From Streptomyces caniscabiei (GTDB lineage: Bacteria > Actinomycetota > Actinomycetes > Streptomycetales > Streptomycetaceae), in NCBI RefSeq assembly GCF_014930365.1, contig NZ_JABXWI010000013.1, positions 111,546 through 135,545 on the forward strand: DNA of 24,000 nt. Reading direction: 5' to 3'. Of the stretch, positions 1-8,385 are shown piece by piece. Position 1 is the first letter of the stretch. Each line of letters opens with the position of its first letter. The translations under genes and the position numbers were made by a program. Below the pieces are notes generated by a model, which saw only the letters and a program-made list of their open reading frames with translations, was not told the origin of the DNA and ran no database searches.

Positions 1-1
1 C

Positions 2-1348
2 TACCTGGTAGGGCTGTATCACCAGGCCCTTGCGGCCGAACAGGCGGAGGAATGGTCGGCCGCCATCAAGTGTTACGAGCAAATTTTGCAGGAGGATCCG
101 GATTACCCGAACACCGTCCGGCGCCGTGACTTCTGCCGCGACCGCCAGCGCATCGCCCACCTCCAGCAAAAACTGCGAACCTATGCGGGCGAAGGGCTGT
201 GGCAGGCCGTACTCGATGTCGATGAAAAGCTCAACCAGCTGGACCCGGCGGTAGCCGATCCGGACGGACTGGCCACTCGGGCTCACCGAGAAGTAGAAAA
301 AGAAGAGCGGGCAGAGTATCTCGAAGGGCTGTATGGCGAGGCCCGGGCAGCCGAACTCACCGAGGACTGGACCGAAGCGATCCATCTCTATGGCATCCTC
401 GCGGTCGAGGGCGTGGGATTCAGGGACAGCAAGCAGCGACTCAGCCTGTGCGAAGAGCGTCTGAGGACGGCCCGGTCGGCCTCGGAAAGTGGCGATGCAT
501 CACCCACCAGCCCTGAAAAGATCATCGACATCGACATTTCCTGTGGGGCATTGGCGTGGGAATCGAATGGACAGTACCTGGCTGTCGATGTCCGGGAGAG
601 TGCGCAGATTTGCGTCTATGGCAGGTCCGGTGGTGAGCCGTTGAGTATCAGGACAGGGCAGAAGCGGGCCCCGTACCTGGTGGCGTTCAGTCCGGACGGC
701 ACGCGTCTCGTCGGCCGCAGCGGAAAAGGTGTCGCCATATGGAGCGCTCATACGGGCGAGAAGCTGCTCCAGGTGCCGGTCGGGCGAGGAGTGGCCGCAG
801 CGGAATTCAGTCCCGATGGCACATCTCTAGCCACCGGAGCTGACGATCTGGCCTGCATCTGGGATGCCGAGACGGCCGAACAGATTTTCTGGTCGGAGCA
901 GAAGTGCGTGAAGGCGGTGACCTTCAGTGCGGACGGCAGTAGATTGCTTGTCGCCGATCAAACCGGGCTGCACGTTTGGGGCGTGGACTCTGCCGTGAAC
1001 ATATTTGAAGATCACATCCCGTTCTTGAACTCGGTGGCCTACAGTCGGGACGGTAAACGCGCCGCGGCCGGCTGCAGCGTTGACGCCAAGGCCCGACTCT
1101 GGCTCTCGGGCGAGGTCCACGAGTTGGACCACGAGGCGTCCGTCACGTCAGTGGCGTTCAGCCCCAACAGCGCCCAGCTCGCCACAGGTGGCGAAGACCG
1201 GGCGGCGTGTATCTGGGATGCGACCGACGCCCGTTTGATCTGCAAGATATTTCATGAGGACCCTGTTCTTTCGTTGGTGTTCAGCCCGGATGGCGCCCAC
1301 CTGGCGACCGGCACCCGACGCGCCGTCACAGTGTGGGCAATTCGATAA
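2..1348 (+). CDS. 5'-truncated TPR-like repeat / seven-bladed WD40 beta-propeller protein (C-terminal part of a larger protein that starts upstream of the window)
   Basis: The frame of ORF 86..1348 stays open back to nt 2 (YLVGLYHQALAAEQAEEWSAAIKCYEQIL...), so the TTG at 86 is only the ORF caller's first start-like codon. The N-terminal part has about three helical repeats (LYxxAxxAExxEDWxxAIxxYxxIL). The C-terminal part has seven WD-like blades with recurring FSPDGxxLATG...IWDA motifs. Confidence 0.8.
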   Translation, partial: YLVGLYHQALAAEQAEEWSAAIKCYEQILQEDPDYPNTVRRRDFCRDRQRIAHLQQKLRTYAGEGLWQAVLDVDEKLNQLDPAVADPDGLATRAHREVEKEERAEYLEGLYGEARAAELTEDWTEAIHLYGILAVEGVGFRDSKQRLSLCEERLRTARSASESGDASPTSPEKIIDIDISCGALAWESNGQYLAVDVRESAQICVYGRSGGEPLSIRTGQKRAPYLVAFSPDGTRLVGRSGKGVAIWSAHTGEKLLQVPVGRGVAAAEFSPDGTSLATGADDLACIWDAETAEQIFWSEQKCVKAVTFSADGSRLLVADQTGLHVWGVDSAVNIFEDHIPFLNSVAYSRDGKRAAAGCSVDAKARLWLSGEVHELDHEASVTSVAFSPNSAQLATGGEDRAACIWDATDARLICKIFHEDPVLSLVFSPDGAHLATGTRRAVTVWAIR

Positions 1349-1381
1349 TTCCAGTGGTTTTCCAGGAAAGGAGGAGGGCTG

Positions 1382-1732
1382 ATGGGGCGACTTGTCGAGT
1401 TCCCGACCGATGAAGGCGCGACCGTACTCGTCGAGGTCGGAGACCGGTCGAACGGGTTGGTTACGCGCGGAATTTCTGGGTCTGGTTCCGGTGCGCAAGT
1501 CTCTGAACGCGCTCAACGTTCGTTCGAGGACGCCATATATCGTGTGCAACCCGCCATGCATGCGATCGTGGCCCATATACAATCCGCAGCGCAATCTCCC
1601 AGTGAGATTCAAATCGAGTTCGGCCTCAACCTGCATGCCGAGATGGGTGCTTTCATCGCCGCAGCGAGCGCCACCGCCAATTTCAATGTCACACTCACCT
1701 GGTTGCGGAACGAGCCCAGGCCCACCACGTAG
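1382..1732 (+). CDS. trypco2-like (trypsin co-occurring domain 2 / CU044_2847-family-like) small protein
   Basis: 116 aa. A strong SD (aggaaaggaggaggg) lies upstream of the ATG, 33 nt after the WD40 stop. The pattern MGRLVEFPTDEGATVLVEV ... FEDAIYRVQPA ... EIQIEFGLNLHAEMGAFIAAASATANFNVTLTW matches my memory of this family. The assignment is by recall, not by search. Confidence 0.65.
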   Translation: MGRLVEFPTDEGATVLVEVGDRSNGLVTRGISGSGSGAQVSERAQRSFEDAIYRVQPAMHAIVAHIQSAAQSPSEIQIEFGLNLHAEMGAFIAAASATANFNVTLTWLRNEPRPTT

Positions 1733-1820
1733 TCCAGGGCTGGTGCGCTGCGGCGGGGCCTCGTCGAACTGTGCGCCCGGGGGGTTCTCGGGTCGATCCG
1801 GGCCAACACGCCCTTGCCCC

Positions 1821-1841
1821 CGCTAGCACTCCGGCGCTAGC
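1821..1841 (+). promoter_or_regulatory. Candidate operator: two CGCTAGC copies, each containing the palindrome GCTAGC, 14 bp apart and directly upstream of the RHH gene
   Basis: cgctagc occurs at 1821..1827 and 1835..1841, ending 9 nt before the ATG at 1850. RHH antitoxins typically bind repeated short palindromes in their own promoter. Confidence 0.3.
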
Positions 1842-1849
1842 GTCGAGGT

Positions 1850-2095
1850 ATGGCCAAGACCCAGCTGAACGTGCGGGTGGACGAGGACACGGCCCGAGCC
1901 GCCCGAGAGCGAGCCCTGGAGCGCGGGATGAGTGTGAACCGGTACATCGAGGAGCTGGTCCGGCAGGACACCGGCGAGGCGGGTCACACCTTCGTCGAGT
2001 CCGCCGCCGACTTCATGAAGCAGTACGAGGCGGTCTTCGCCGAAGAGTTCGGCACCGAGCCCGAGCCCGAGGCCGGGCACGAGGGACGTCACTGA
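1850..2095 (+). CDS. Ribbon-helix-helix (CopG/Arc-like) antitoxin-type protein
   Basis: 81 aa. The N-terminus MAKTQLNVRVDEDTARAARERALERGMSVNRYIEELV has the typical beta-strand plus two-helix RHH pattern, followed by an acidic tail. Its stop is 4 nt before the next gene. Confidence 0.75.
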   Translation: MAKTQLNVRVDEDTARAARERALERGMSVNRYIEELVRQDTGEAGHTFVESAADFMKQYEAVFAEEFGTEPEPEAGHEGRH

Positions 2096-2099
2096 TCCC

Positions 2100-2474
2100 T
2101 TGAGTCAGCTCCGCATCGACCTCGCCTGGCTCCTGATGGTCGCCGAACGCAAGACGCCCGGCGATCCCCAGGTCACCGACTGGGGCGCCCTCGTCGCGGC
2201 CGTCGCCCGGCACGAGGCCCAGATCTTCGACGTCGCCGTCTACGACACCCCGCACGCCCGGGCCGCCGCCCTGCTCCAACTCCTCCTGCACGTACCGGCG
2301 CTGGAGCGCTCCAACGCGCTGTTCGCCTCCGCCGTCGCCTACGGCTACCTCGTGGCCAGCGGGGTCAAGGTCGTGACCTCCGCCGAGCAGGTGCGCGATC
2401 TGGCCAGACTGGTCAAGAGCGGCGAGGCCGGCGTGCACGACATCACGCGGGAGCTGCGTCAGTGGAGTCAGTGA
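2100..2474 (+). CDS. Doc/Fic-fold toxin-like protein with a degenerate catalytic motif
   Basis: 124 aa with a TTG start 4 nt after the RHH stop. Collinear with Doc toxins (AER..G.P.V.D.G.L..A.AR ... AAALL..L). Where Doc has H-x-(F/L)-x-D-(A/G)-N-K-R, this protein reads HVPALERSNAL. Confidence 0.6.
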   Translation: MSQLRIDLAWLLMVAERKTPGDPQVTDWGALVAAVARHEAQIFDVAVYDTPHARAAALLQLLLHVPALERSNALFASAVAYGYLVASGVKVVTSAEQVRDLARLVKSGEAGVHDITRELRQWSQ

Positions 2475-3129
2475 GACCCGGCCGCCGCGCCCGGCCCAGC
2501 ACGCAGTAGGAGCTGGGCAGCCGCGGCCCCTGCTCGGGCACCAGGACCTCCCGGACCGCCCCGACCTCGAAACCGGCGGCCCGCAGCGCGTCGACCGGGT
2601 CACGCGAGACATGGCAGCCGCCGAACAGCAGCGGCCACACCGAGGCGTCCAGCGCCCGCTGAGCCGTCCGCATGGCCCGGCCACCGCCCCTGCCGTGCTC
2701 GAAGAACCGCAGCTCACCACCCGGACGCAGTACCCGGCGCACCTCGCGCAGTGAGCGCCGTACGTCCCGCACACTGCACAGCACCAGGGACACCACGGCC
2801 GCGTCGAACGCCTCGCTCTTGACCGGCAGCGCCTCCGCCGCGCCCGGCACCACGTCCACCGGCACCTCGGCGCGCAGGGCGGCCTCCAGGGCCAGCCGCC
2901 GCAGTGAATGCTCGGGTTCGATCGCCACCACCTCGGAGACGGTGCCGGGATAGCGGGCGAAGTTCAGGCCGTTGCCGGCCCCGATCTCGATGACGCGCCC
3001 CGACAGCCCGGCCAGCAGCTCGTCGCGCAGCGGACCGATCCTCGGCTCCGCCGACACGCTCAGTCTGGCGTAGAACCGGGCGAAGAGGGGGTGGTGCACG
3101 GCGTCCTTCGCGGCGCGGGCGCGGACCAT
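2443..3129 (-). CDS. Class I SAM-dependent methyltransferase
   Basis: Motif I is VIEIGAGNGLNF, followed by an acidic post-I element (VVAIEPE). I chose the ATG at 3129 (MVRARAAKD...) because GGGAGG lies 6 nt upstream of it. The longer track ORF start at 3189 has no SD. Confidence 0.85.
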   Translation of the reverse strand: MVRARAAKDAVHHPLFARFYARLSVSAEPRIGPLRDELLAGLSGRVIEIGAGNGLNFARYPGTVSEVVAIEPEHSLRRLALEAALRAEVPVDVVPGAAEALPVKSEAFDAAVVSLVLCSVRDVRRSLREVRRVLRPGGELRFFEHGRGGGRAMRTAQRALDASVWPLLFGGCHVSRDPVDALRAAGFEVGAVREVLVPEQGPRLPSSYCVLGRARRPGLTDSTDAAPA

Positions 3130-3180
3130 GGGAACCTCCCGGAGAGGGCGGCGGACACCGCGATTCTCCCCCGGGAAGCA

Positions 3181-3232
3181 CCGACTCACCCGTCGCGCGG
3201 CCGTGGGGAACGACTGTGCGACGGGTGGTCGG
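3181..3232 (-). terminator. Stem-loop downstream of the lipase gene
   Basis: ccgac-t-cacccgtcgc (3181..3196) pairs with gcgacgggtg-gtcgg (3218..3232), giving 15 bp with one bulge and a 21-nt loop. It lies 16 nt past the lipase stop on the minus strand. There is no U-tract. Confidence 0.35.
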
Positions 3233-3247
3233 CGGGGATCCGCGGGG

Positions 3248-3934
3248 TCAGGCGATGAAGTTGCGCACCTGCTCGTACACCCCGTGGTCGTTGTTCATCT
3301 CGTTGTGCGAGACACAGCCGACCTCGACGTTCGTCGCGCCGCTGAGGATCGCGGTGGTGTCCGGGGTGAGCGCGTCGTCGCAGTTCGACCAGTAGCTGGC
3401 GTAGGACACACTGCCCGGCGTCTCGTCACCGGAGTTGAGTGAGGTCAGGAACGAGCTGCCGGTGTACATCTCACCGCAGGACGTGTAGAGCCACCGGCAC
3501 CAGCCGGCGACGGTCGTCCCGTGGTTCACCCCGGCCGTGGAGACGAAGTCGTCCACGTACGCCGTCCCGCCGAGGTTCTTCAGGTAGTAACGGGAGCTGA
3601 GCGCGCCCATGGAGTGCACCACCACGTCGACCTTCGCGGCGCCCGTGGAGGCGCGCACACTGTCGATCTTGGTCTTCAGCTGGGCCGCCGTGGTGGCGTT
3701 CGACTGGCCCCAGTCGTAGGACCAGGAGTGCAGCTCCGAGGCGGTGTAGCCGTCCGCCTTGAAGTACGCGACCCAGTCGTCCCAACTGCTGGACGAACTG
3801 CTCAGTCCGTGCACGAAGACGACCGGGTTGTGGGTGGCGGCCTGGGCGGAGGACGCCGAGAACGAGAGCGACAGAAGGAGCGTGCTGGTCACGGTCGCGA
3901 GGGCCGTGGCGATACGGCGCATGCGGCGATGCAT
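3248..3934 (-). CDS. Secreted lipase/esterase (Lipase_2-like alpha/beta hydrolase)
   Basis: Signal peptide [32 protein letters not shown]. Nucleophile elbow VHSMGA (a variant of GxSxG). AGGAGG lies 5 nt upstream of the ATG at 3934. Confidence 0.85.
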   Translation of the reverse strand: MHRRMRRIATALATVTSTLLLSLSFSASSAQAATHNPVVFVHGLSSSSSSWDDWVAYFKADGYTASELHSWSYDWGQSNATTAAQLKTKIDSVRASTGAAKVDVVVHSMGALSSRYYLKNLGGTAYVDDFVSTAGVNHGTTVAGWCRWLYTSCGEMYTGSSFLTSLNSGDETPGSVSYASYWSNCDDALTPDTTAILSGATNVEVGCVSHNEMNNDHGVYEQVRNFIA

Positions 3935-4013
3935 GGTGCCTCCTGAAACGGGTGGGGTTCGTCAGGAGTGTCAGCGGGGTCTACGCGCGCCGCATCGGCG
4001 AAATCGCCGGTCT

Positions 4014-4039
4014 TTACTGGCCGGTTAACTCGCAAGTAA
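4014..4039. promoter_or_regulatory. 26-bp imperfect AT-rich palindrome in the lipase/luxR divergent region
   Basis: TTACTgGCcgGTTAACtcGCaAGTAA. The central GTTAAC is perfect and 7 of 10 flanking positions are symmetric. It ends 1 nt before the annotated GTG start of the LuxR gene. Confidence 0.3.
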
Positions 4040-4040
4040 C

Positions 4041-6260
4041 GTGATGAGCGTGGTGACTCCGGTGAACCCCCCACAACTTCCGCATCGCTCGCCACCGCCC
4101 CCCACGAACGCGTGGCCGAGCCCGAACGCAGCGTCGGCCGGCGTGCCCACGCTGTCCGAAGGCGTGCGCGTACGCCTGCTGCACGCCGCCCACGGCGATC
4201 CCCGGGCCGCCGCGGAACTCGCCGCGGCCCTCACCCCACGCCAGCTCACGGGCCTCGACCCGCTCCCTGCCGAGCCCCTGGCGCTGGCCCCCGCCCTGCT
4301 GCGGAATCACCGGCGGGAGGTACGGGCCCTGCCCGACGACACCCGCTTCCTGCTGCTCCTCGCCGCCGCCGACCAGTACCCGGTGCCGACCCACGCCTAC
4401 GCGCGCGCCGTCACCGCCGCCGGCCTCGACACCCGCCCCCTCGACACGGCCGAGGCGGCGGGCCTCGCCCACACCACGGCCCAGGGCATCGTCTTCCGGG
4501 ACGCCTGGACCCGCGTCGCCGTCTACGAGTCAGCGTCCATGGCCGACCGACGCGAGGCCCACCGCCTCCTCGCCGCCGTCCTCAGCGGCGAGGGCGAGCG
4601 ACCGGGCCGGTCCTGGCACCGGGCCGCCGCCGCCCTCGGACCCAGCCGCCGCCTCGCCGCCGAACTCCGTCTCGCGGCACGGGTGGCACGTGCCATCGGC
4701 GACCCGGCCCTCGCCTCCGCCCTCGCCGAACGCGCCGCGGGCCTCACCCCCGAACCGGCCGAACGCGCGCCCCTGCTCGCCCAGGCCGCCGCCGAGGCCT
4801 GGCAGTCCGGCGACGGCGACCGGGCCCGCCGCCTCGTCGCCGGCACCGACGACGACGCCCTCGGCGGACTGCTCGCCCTGCGCGCGGGCAACGCCGCCGA
4901 GGCGTTCGACGCCCTGCTCACCGCCACCGTCCGGCACGTCGGCGACCCCACCTCGGACCGCGCCGCCCATCTGCTGGCACGAGCCACCGAGGCCGCCATC
5001 TACACCGGGGACCTCCGCCGCTGCCGCGAGGCCGCCGCCGTCGCCGACGGGCTCGGCATCCTCCCGCCCAGCACCCTCGGCGCCCTCGCCGCCGCCTTCG
5101 AGGGACGCTACGACGACGCCCGCGACGTCCTCGAAGCCGCCGCCGGCCGCTGCGGCCCCGGCGGCGACCCCACCCAGCTCATCCACTCCGGGATCGCCGC
5201 CCTGCTCCTCGGCGACCACACCCGCGCCTTCACCGCCACCGCCCGCGCCGCCGCCTCCGCACGGGCCCGCGGCGAGACGGTCACCGTGCCGCAGGCCATG
5301 GAGTTCCGGGCCTACGCCGAGTTCTGGACCGGGCGCCCCAAGGCCGCCGAGGCCGCCGCCCTGGACGCCCTGCGCCAGGCGCACGCCACCGGGCAGGACA
5401 ACGGCGCCTGCCACCTCCAGGCCGCCCTCGCGATGTTCGCGGCCGTCACCGGCGACGAGCAGGTGTGCAGGGAGCGCGCCGAGTCCGCCCGCGCGTACGC
5501 CCTGGAGCGCGGCCTCGGACTGCCCGCCGCGCTCGCCATGTTCGCCCTCGCCTTCCTCGACCTGAGCACCGGCAGGTACGCCGCCTCGGCCGCCCGCCTC
5601 CGCGCGCTCGCCGGGTTCGGTCCCGGACACGGCCACCGGGCCATCCGGCACATCGCCACCCCGCACTACGTGGAGGCCGCCGTCCGCACCGGCGAGACCC
5701 GGGTGGCCGTCGCCGCGCACGCCGACTACGACCGCTGGGCCCGTACCGTCCGCAGCGCCGACGACCTCGCCCTCAGCGCCCGCTGCCGGGCCCTCCTCGC
5801 GACCGGCGAGGAAGCCGTCGAGCACTACCGCGCCGCCCTCGACCTGCACGCCTCCGGCACCCGCGACTTCGAACGCGCCCGTACGGAACTGCTGTTCGGC
5901 AGTGCCCTGCGGCGGCTCCGCAACCGCACCGAGGCCCGCGACCGCCTCCACAGCGCGCTGGAGGCCTTCGACCACTTCGGCTCCCCGCACTGCGCGTCCC
6001 AGGCCCGCGCGGAACTCCGCGCCCTCGGGGAGCGTGCCACCGCCGCACCGGGCGCGGAGGCCCTGGCGTCCCGCCTCACCGCCCAGCAGCTGATGATCGC
6101 CCGCATGGCGGCGGAGGGCGCGACGAACCGGGAGATCGCCGCGCGGCTGCTGCTGAGCCCGCGCACGATCGACCACCATCTGCGGGGCGTGTTCTCGCGG
6201 TTGGGGATCAGGTCGAGGATCGAGTTGGTGCGGTTGTTGGGGGAGCAGTCGGCGCCATAG
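4041..6260 (+). CDS. LuxR-family transcriptional regulator, LAL-like but without an N-terminal ATPase domain
   Basis: The C-terminal LuxR HTH is LTAQQLMIARMAAEGATNREIAARLLLSPRTIDHHLRGVFSRLGIRSRIELV. The central region is long, Ala/Leu-rich and TPR-like. No Walker A motif is visible anywhere. The exact start is uncertain (GTG 4041, ATG 4044, or a later GTG). Confidence 0.85.
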   Translation: MMSVVTPVNPPQLPHRSPPPPTNAWPSPNAASAGVPTLSEGVRVRLLHAAHGDPRAAAELAAALTPRQLTGLDPLPAEPLALAPALLRNHRREVRALPDDTRFLLLLAAADQYPVPTHAYARAVTAAGLDTRPLDTAEAAGLAHTTAQGIVFRDAWTRVAVYESASMADRREAHRLLAAVLSGEGERPGRSWHRAAAALGPSRRLAAELRLAARVARAIGDPALASALAERAAGLTPEPAERAPLLAQAAAEAWQSGDGDRARRLVAGTDDDALGGLLALRAGNAAEAFDALLTATVRHVGDPTSDRAAHLLARATEAAIYTGDLRRCREAAAVADGLGILPPSTLGALAAAFEGRYDDARDVLEAAAGRCGPGGDPTQLIHSGIAALLLGDHTRAFTATARAAASARARGETVTVPQAMEFRAYAEFWTGRPKAAEAAALDALRQAHATGQDNGACHLQAALAMFAAVTGDEQVCRERAESARAYALERGLGLPAALAMFALAFLDLSTGRYAASAARLRALAGFGPGHGHRAIRHIATPHYVEAAVRTGETRVAVAAHADYDRWARTVRSADDLALSARCRALLATGEEAVEHYRAALDLHASGTRDFERARTELLFGSALRRLRNRTEARDRLHSALEAFDHFGSPHCASQARAELRALGERATAAPGAEALASRLTAQQLMIARMAAEGATNREIAARLLLSPRTIDHHLRGVFSRLGIRSRIELVRLLGEQSAP

Positions 6261-6338
6261 GGGTGCTCACCTCGATCGGCTGGGCGGGTTCGTCGTGGCT
6301 GGTCGCGCCCACGCGGCGGAGCCGCATATCGGCACAGC

Positions 6339-6362
6339 CCCGCGCCCCTTCCGGGGCGCGGG
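6339..6362. terminator. GC hairpin between the convergent luxR and bioD genes (bidirectional terminator candidate)
   Basis: cccgcgcccc-ttcc-ggggcgcggg forms a perfect 10-bp stem with a 4-nt loop. It lies 6 nt beyond the bioD stop (minus strand) and 79 nt beyond the luxR stop. Confidence 0.5.
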
Positions 6363-6368
6363 TCGGCC

Positions 6369-7094
6369 TCAGAGCTCAGGGGGGCTCTGGCGTGCCGTGA
6401 AGGCGGCGGCGTCCCATATGCCGCCCAGCTCCGGCGCCAGCCAACTACCCGCTGCCGCCCGGAAGTCGCGGGGCGTCACCACCCCCGCCCCCGCCGGCAC
6501 CGCCCCCAGCAGCGGCGCCCCCGCCACCACCGGCAGGTCCGCCAGGTTGCAGCGGGACGCCAGGTCCGGGGCCTCGGGCCAGCTGCCGATGACGACGCCC
6601 GCCAACTCCAGCTCCCGCGCGGCGAGGTCACGGGCCGTCAGCTCGGTCGTGTTCAACGTGCCCAGCCCGGCCGGGGCGACCAGCAGCACCGGTGCCGCGA
6701 GCAGCCGTGCCGTGTCGGCCAGCGTGCCGCCCGCCTCGTCGAACCGGACGAGGAGACCGCCCGCGCCCTCGACCAGGACGAGATCGTGGTCGACAGCCAG
6801 TTTGGCCGCCGCCTCGGCGACGTCCTCGGGGTGCACGGGCGGCAGCCCGGACCGCCGGGCGGCGGTCCCCGGGGCCAGGGGTTCGGGATAGCGGGCGAGT
6901 TCACGTGCCGTCACGGCGCCCGCGAGCCGGGCCACCTCGTCCGCGTCGCCGCGCTCGTCCGGCCGTACCCCCGTCTGGGCGGGTTTGAGCACGGCCACGG
7001 ACCGGCCCGCAGCCACGGCCACGGCCGCGACTGCCGCCGTGGTGACGGTCTTGCCGACCTCCGTGCCCGTCCCCGTGATCACCAGGACCGTCAT
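6369..7094 (-). CDS. bioD: Dethiobiotin synthetase
   Basis: Starts [17 protein letters not shown] (P-loop GTGTEVGKT) at ATG 7094. The upstream part of track ORF 6369..7409 is Arg/Cys-rich read-through into bioA. Confidence 0.9.
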   Translation of the reverse strand: MTVLVITGTGTEVGKTVTTAAVAAVAVAAGRSVAVLKPAQTGVRPDERGDADEVARLAGAVTARELARYPEPLAPGTAARRSGLPPVHPEDVAEAAAKLAVDHDLVLVEGAGGLLVRFDEAGGTLADTARLLAAPVLLVAPAGLGTLNTTELTARDLAARELELAGVVIGSWPEAPDLASRCNLADLPVVAGAPLLGAVPAGAGVVTPRDFRAAAGSWLAPELGGIWDAAAFTARQSPPEL

Positions 7095-7095
7095 G

Positions 7096-8385
7096 TCATC
7101 CCTCCCGCGCGGCCGCGCACACCGCGCGCGCGATCCGCGCCACGTCCTCGTCGCCGGTGACGTACGGCGGCATCGTGTAGACGAGGTCGCGGAACGGCCG
7201 TAGCCACACGCCCTCGCGCACGGCGGCCTCCGTGGCCGCCCGCATGTCCACGGCGTGGTCGAGCTGCACCACCCCGATCGCGCCGAGGATCCGCACGTCC
7301 CGCACTCCCGGCACCTCGCGCACCGGCGCCAGGCCCTCCCGCAGCCCCGCCTCGATCCGCTTGACCTCCGTGAGCCAGTCCTGGCCCAGCAGCAGCTCGA
7401 TCGAGGCACAGGCGACGGCCGCCGCGAGCGGGTTGCCCATGAAGGTGGGCCCGTGCGCCAGCACCGGCACCTCGCCCCGGGAGATCCCGTCGGCCACCCC
7501 GGCGGTGCACAGCGTCGCCGCCAGGGTCAGATAACCGCCGGTCAGCGCCTTGCCGACACACATCACATCCGGCGTCACCGCCGCGTGGTCCGCCGCGAAC
7601 AACGCCCCCGTACGCCCGAACCCGGTGGCGATCTCGTCGAACACCAACAGCACGTCGTGCGCGTCGCAGGCCTCGCGCAGCACCCGCAGATACGCGGGGG
7701 AGTGGAAGCGCATCCCGCCCGCGCCCTGGACCACGGGCTCCACGATCACGGCCGCCAGCTCGTCCGCGTGCCGCTCGATCGCCGAGCGCAACGTCTCCGC
7801 GTACGACTCCTCGTACTCGACCGGCGGCGCGTCCACGAACACCTGCCGGGGCAGGACGCCCTGCCAGAGCTCGTGCATCCCACCCTCGGGGTCGCACACC
7901 GACATCGGCTGCCAGGTGTCGCCGTGGTAGCCGCCGCGCCAGGTCAGCAGCCGTCGCTTGCCGGGGCGGCCGAGCGAACGCCAGTACTGCAGGCACATCT
8001 TGACCGCGACCTCGACGGAGACCGACCCCGAGTCGGCGAGGAACACATGCTCCAGACCCTCGGGCGACATGTCGACGAGATGCTTCGCCAGCCGCACCGC
8101 GGGCTCATGGGTGAGCCCGCCGAACATGACGTGGCTCATCCGGCCGAGCTGCTCGCGGGCCGCCTCGTTGAGGACGGGGTGGTTGTAGCCGTGGATCGCC
8201 GACCACCACGACGACATGCCGTCGACCAGCTCGCCCGAGCCGTCCGCGAGCTTCAGCCGGACCCCGCTCGCCGACTCCACGACGAGCGGTTCCTGCCGGC
8301 CCGGCATGGGCCCGTACGGATGCCACACATGCCGCCGGTCCAGCTCCACCAGCTCGGGCACGCTCAGCTTCGGCAGCTCAGGCAT
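7096..8385 (-). CDS. bioA: Adenosylmethionine-8-amino-7-oxononanoate aminotransferase
   Basis: Class III aminotransferase with the PLP-lysine context [14 protein letters not shown] chose the start [24 protein letters not shown] at 8385. The bioA stop is 1 nt from the bioD start. Confidence 0.9.
   Translation of the reverse strand: MPELPKLSVPELVELDRRHVWHPYGPMPGRQEPLVVESASGVRLKLADGSGELVDGMSSWWSAIHGYNHPVLNEAAREQLGRMSHVMFGGLTHEPAVRLAKHLVDMSPEGLEHVFLADSGSVSVEVAVKMCLQYWRSLGRPGKRRLLTWRGGYHGDTWQPMSVCDPEGGMHELWQGVLPRQVFVDAPPVEYEESYAETLRSAIERHADELAAVIVEPVVQGAGGMRFHSPAYLRVLREACDAHDVLLVFDEIATGFGRTGALFAADHAAVTPDVMCVGKALTGGYLTLAATLCTAGVADGISRGEVPVLAHGPTFMGNPLAAAVACASIELLLGQDWLTEVKRIEAGLREGLAPVREVPGVRDVRILGAIGVVQLDHAVDMRAATEAAVREGVWLRPFRDLVYTMPPYVTGDEDVARIARAVCAAAREG

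Noticed and set aside
2443-2474. Convergent 3' overlaps of coding regions: Doc-like/methyltransferase (32 nt) here and ATPase/DUF6328 (12791..12819, 29 nt)
   Set aside because: Overlapping convergent gene ends are common in high-GC genomes because stop codons are sparse. Nothing in the sequence indicates a specific antisense mechanism.
4112-6400. 762-aa plus-strand ORF, and the 549-aa minus-strand ORF 4530..6179, both overlapping the LuxR gene
   Set aside because: The translations are extreme Arg/Pro/Gly/Ala low-complexity strings with no motifs. They are typical off-frame shadow ORFs, which arise in high-GC DNA where stop codons are rare. The 4041 frame has a clear LuxR HTH.
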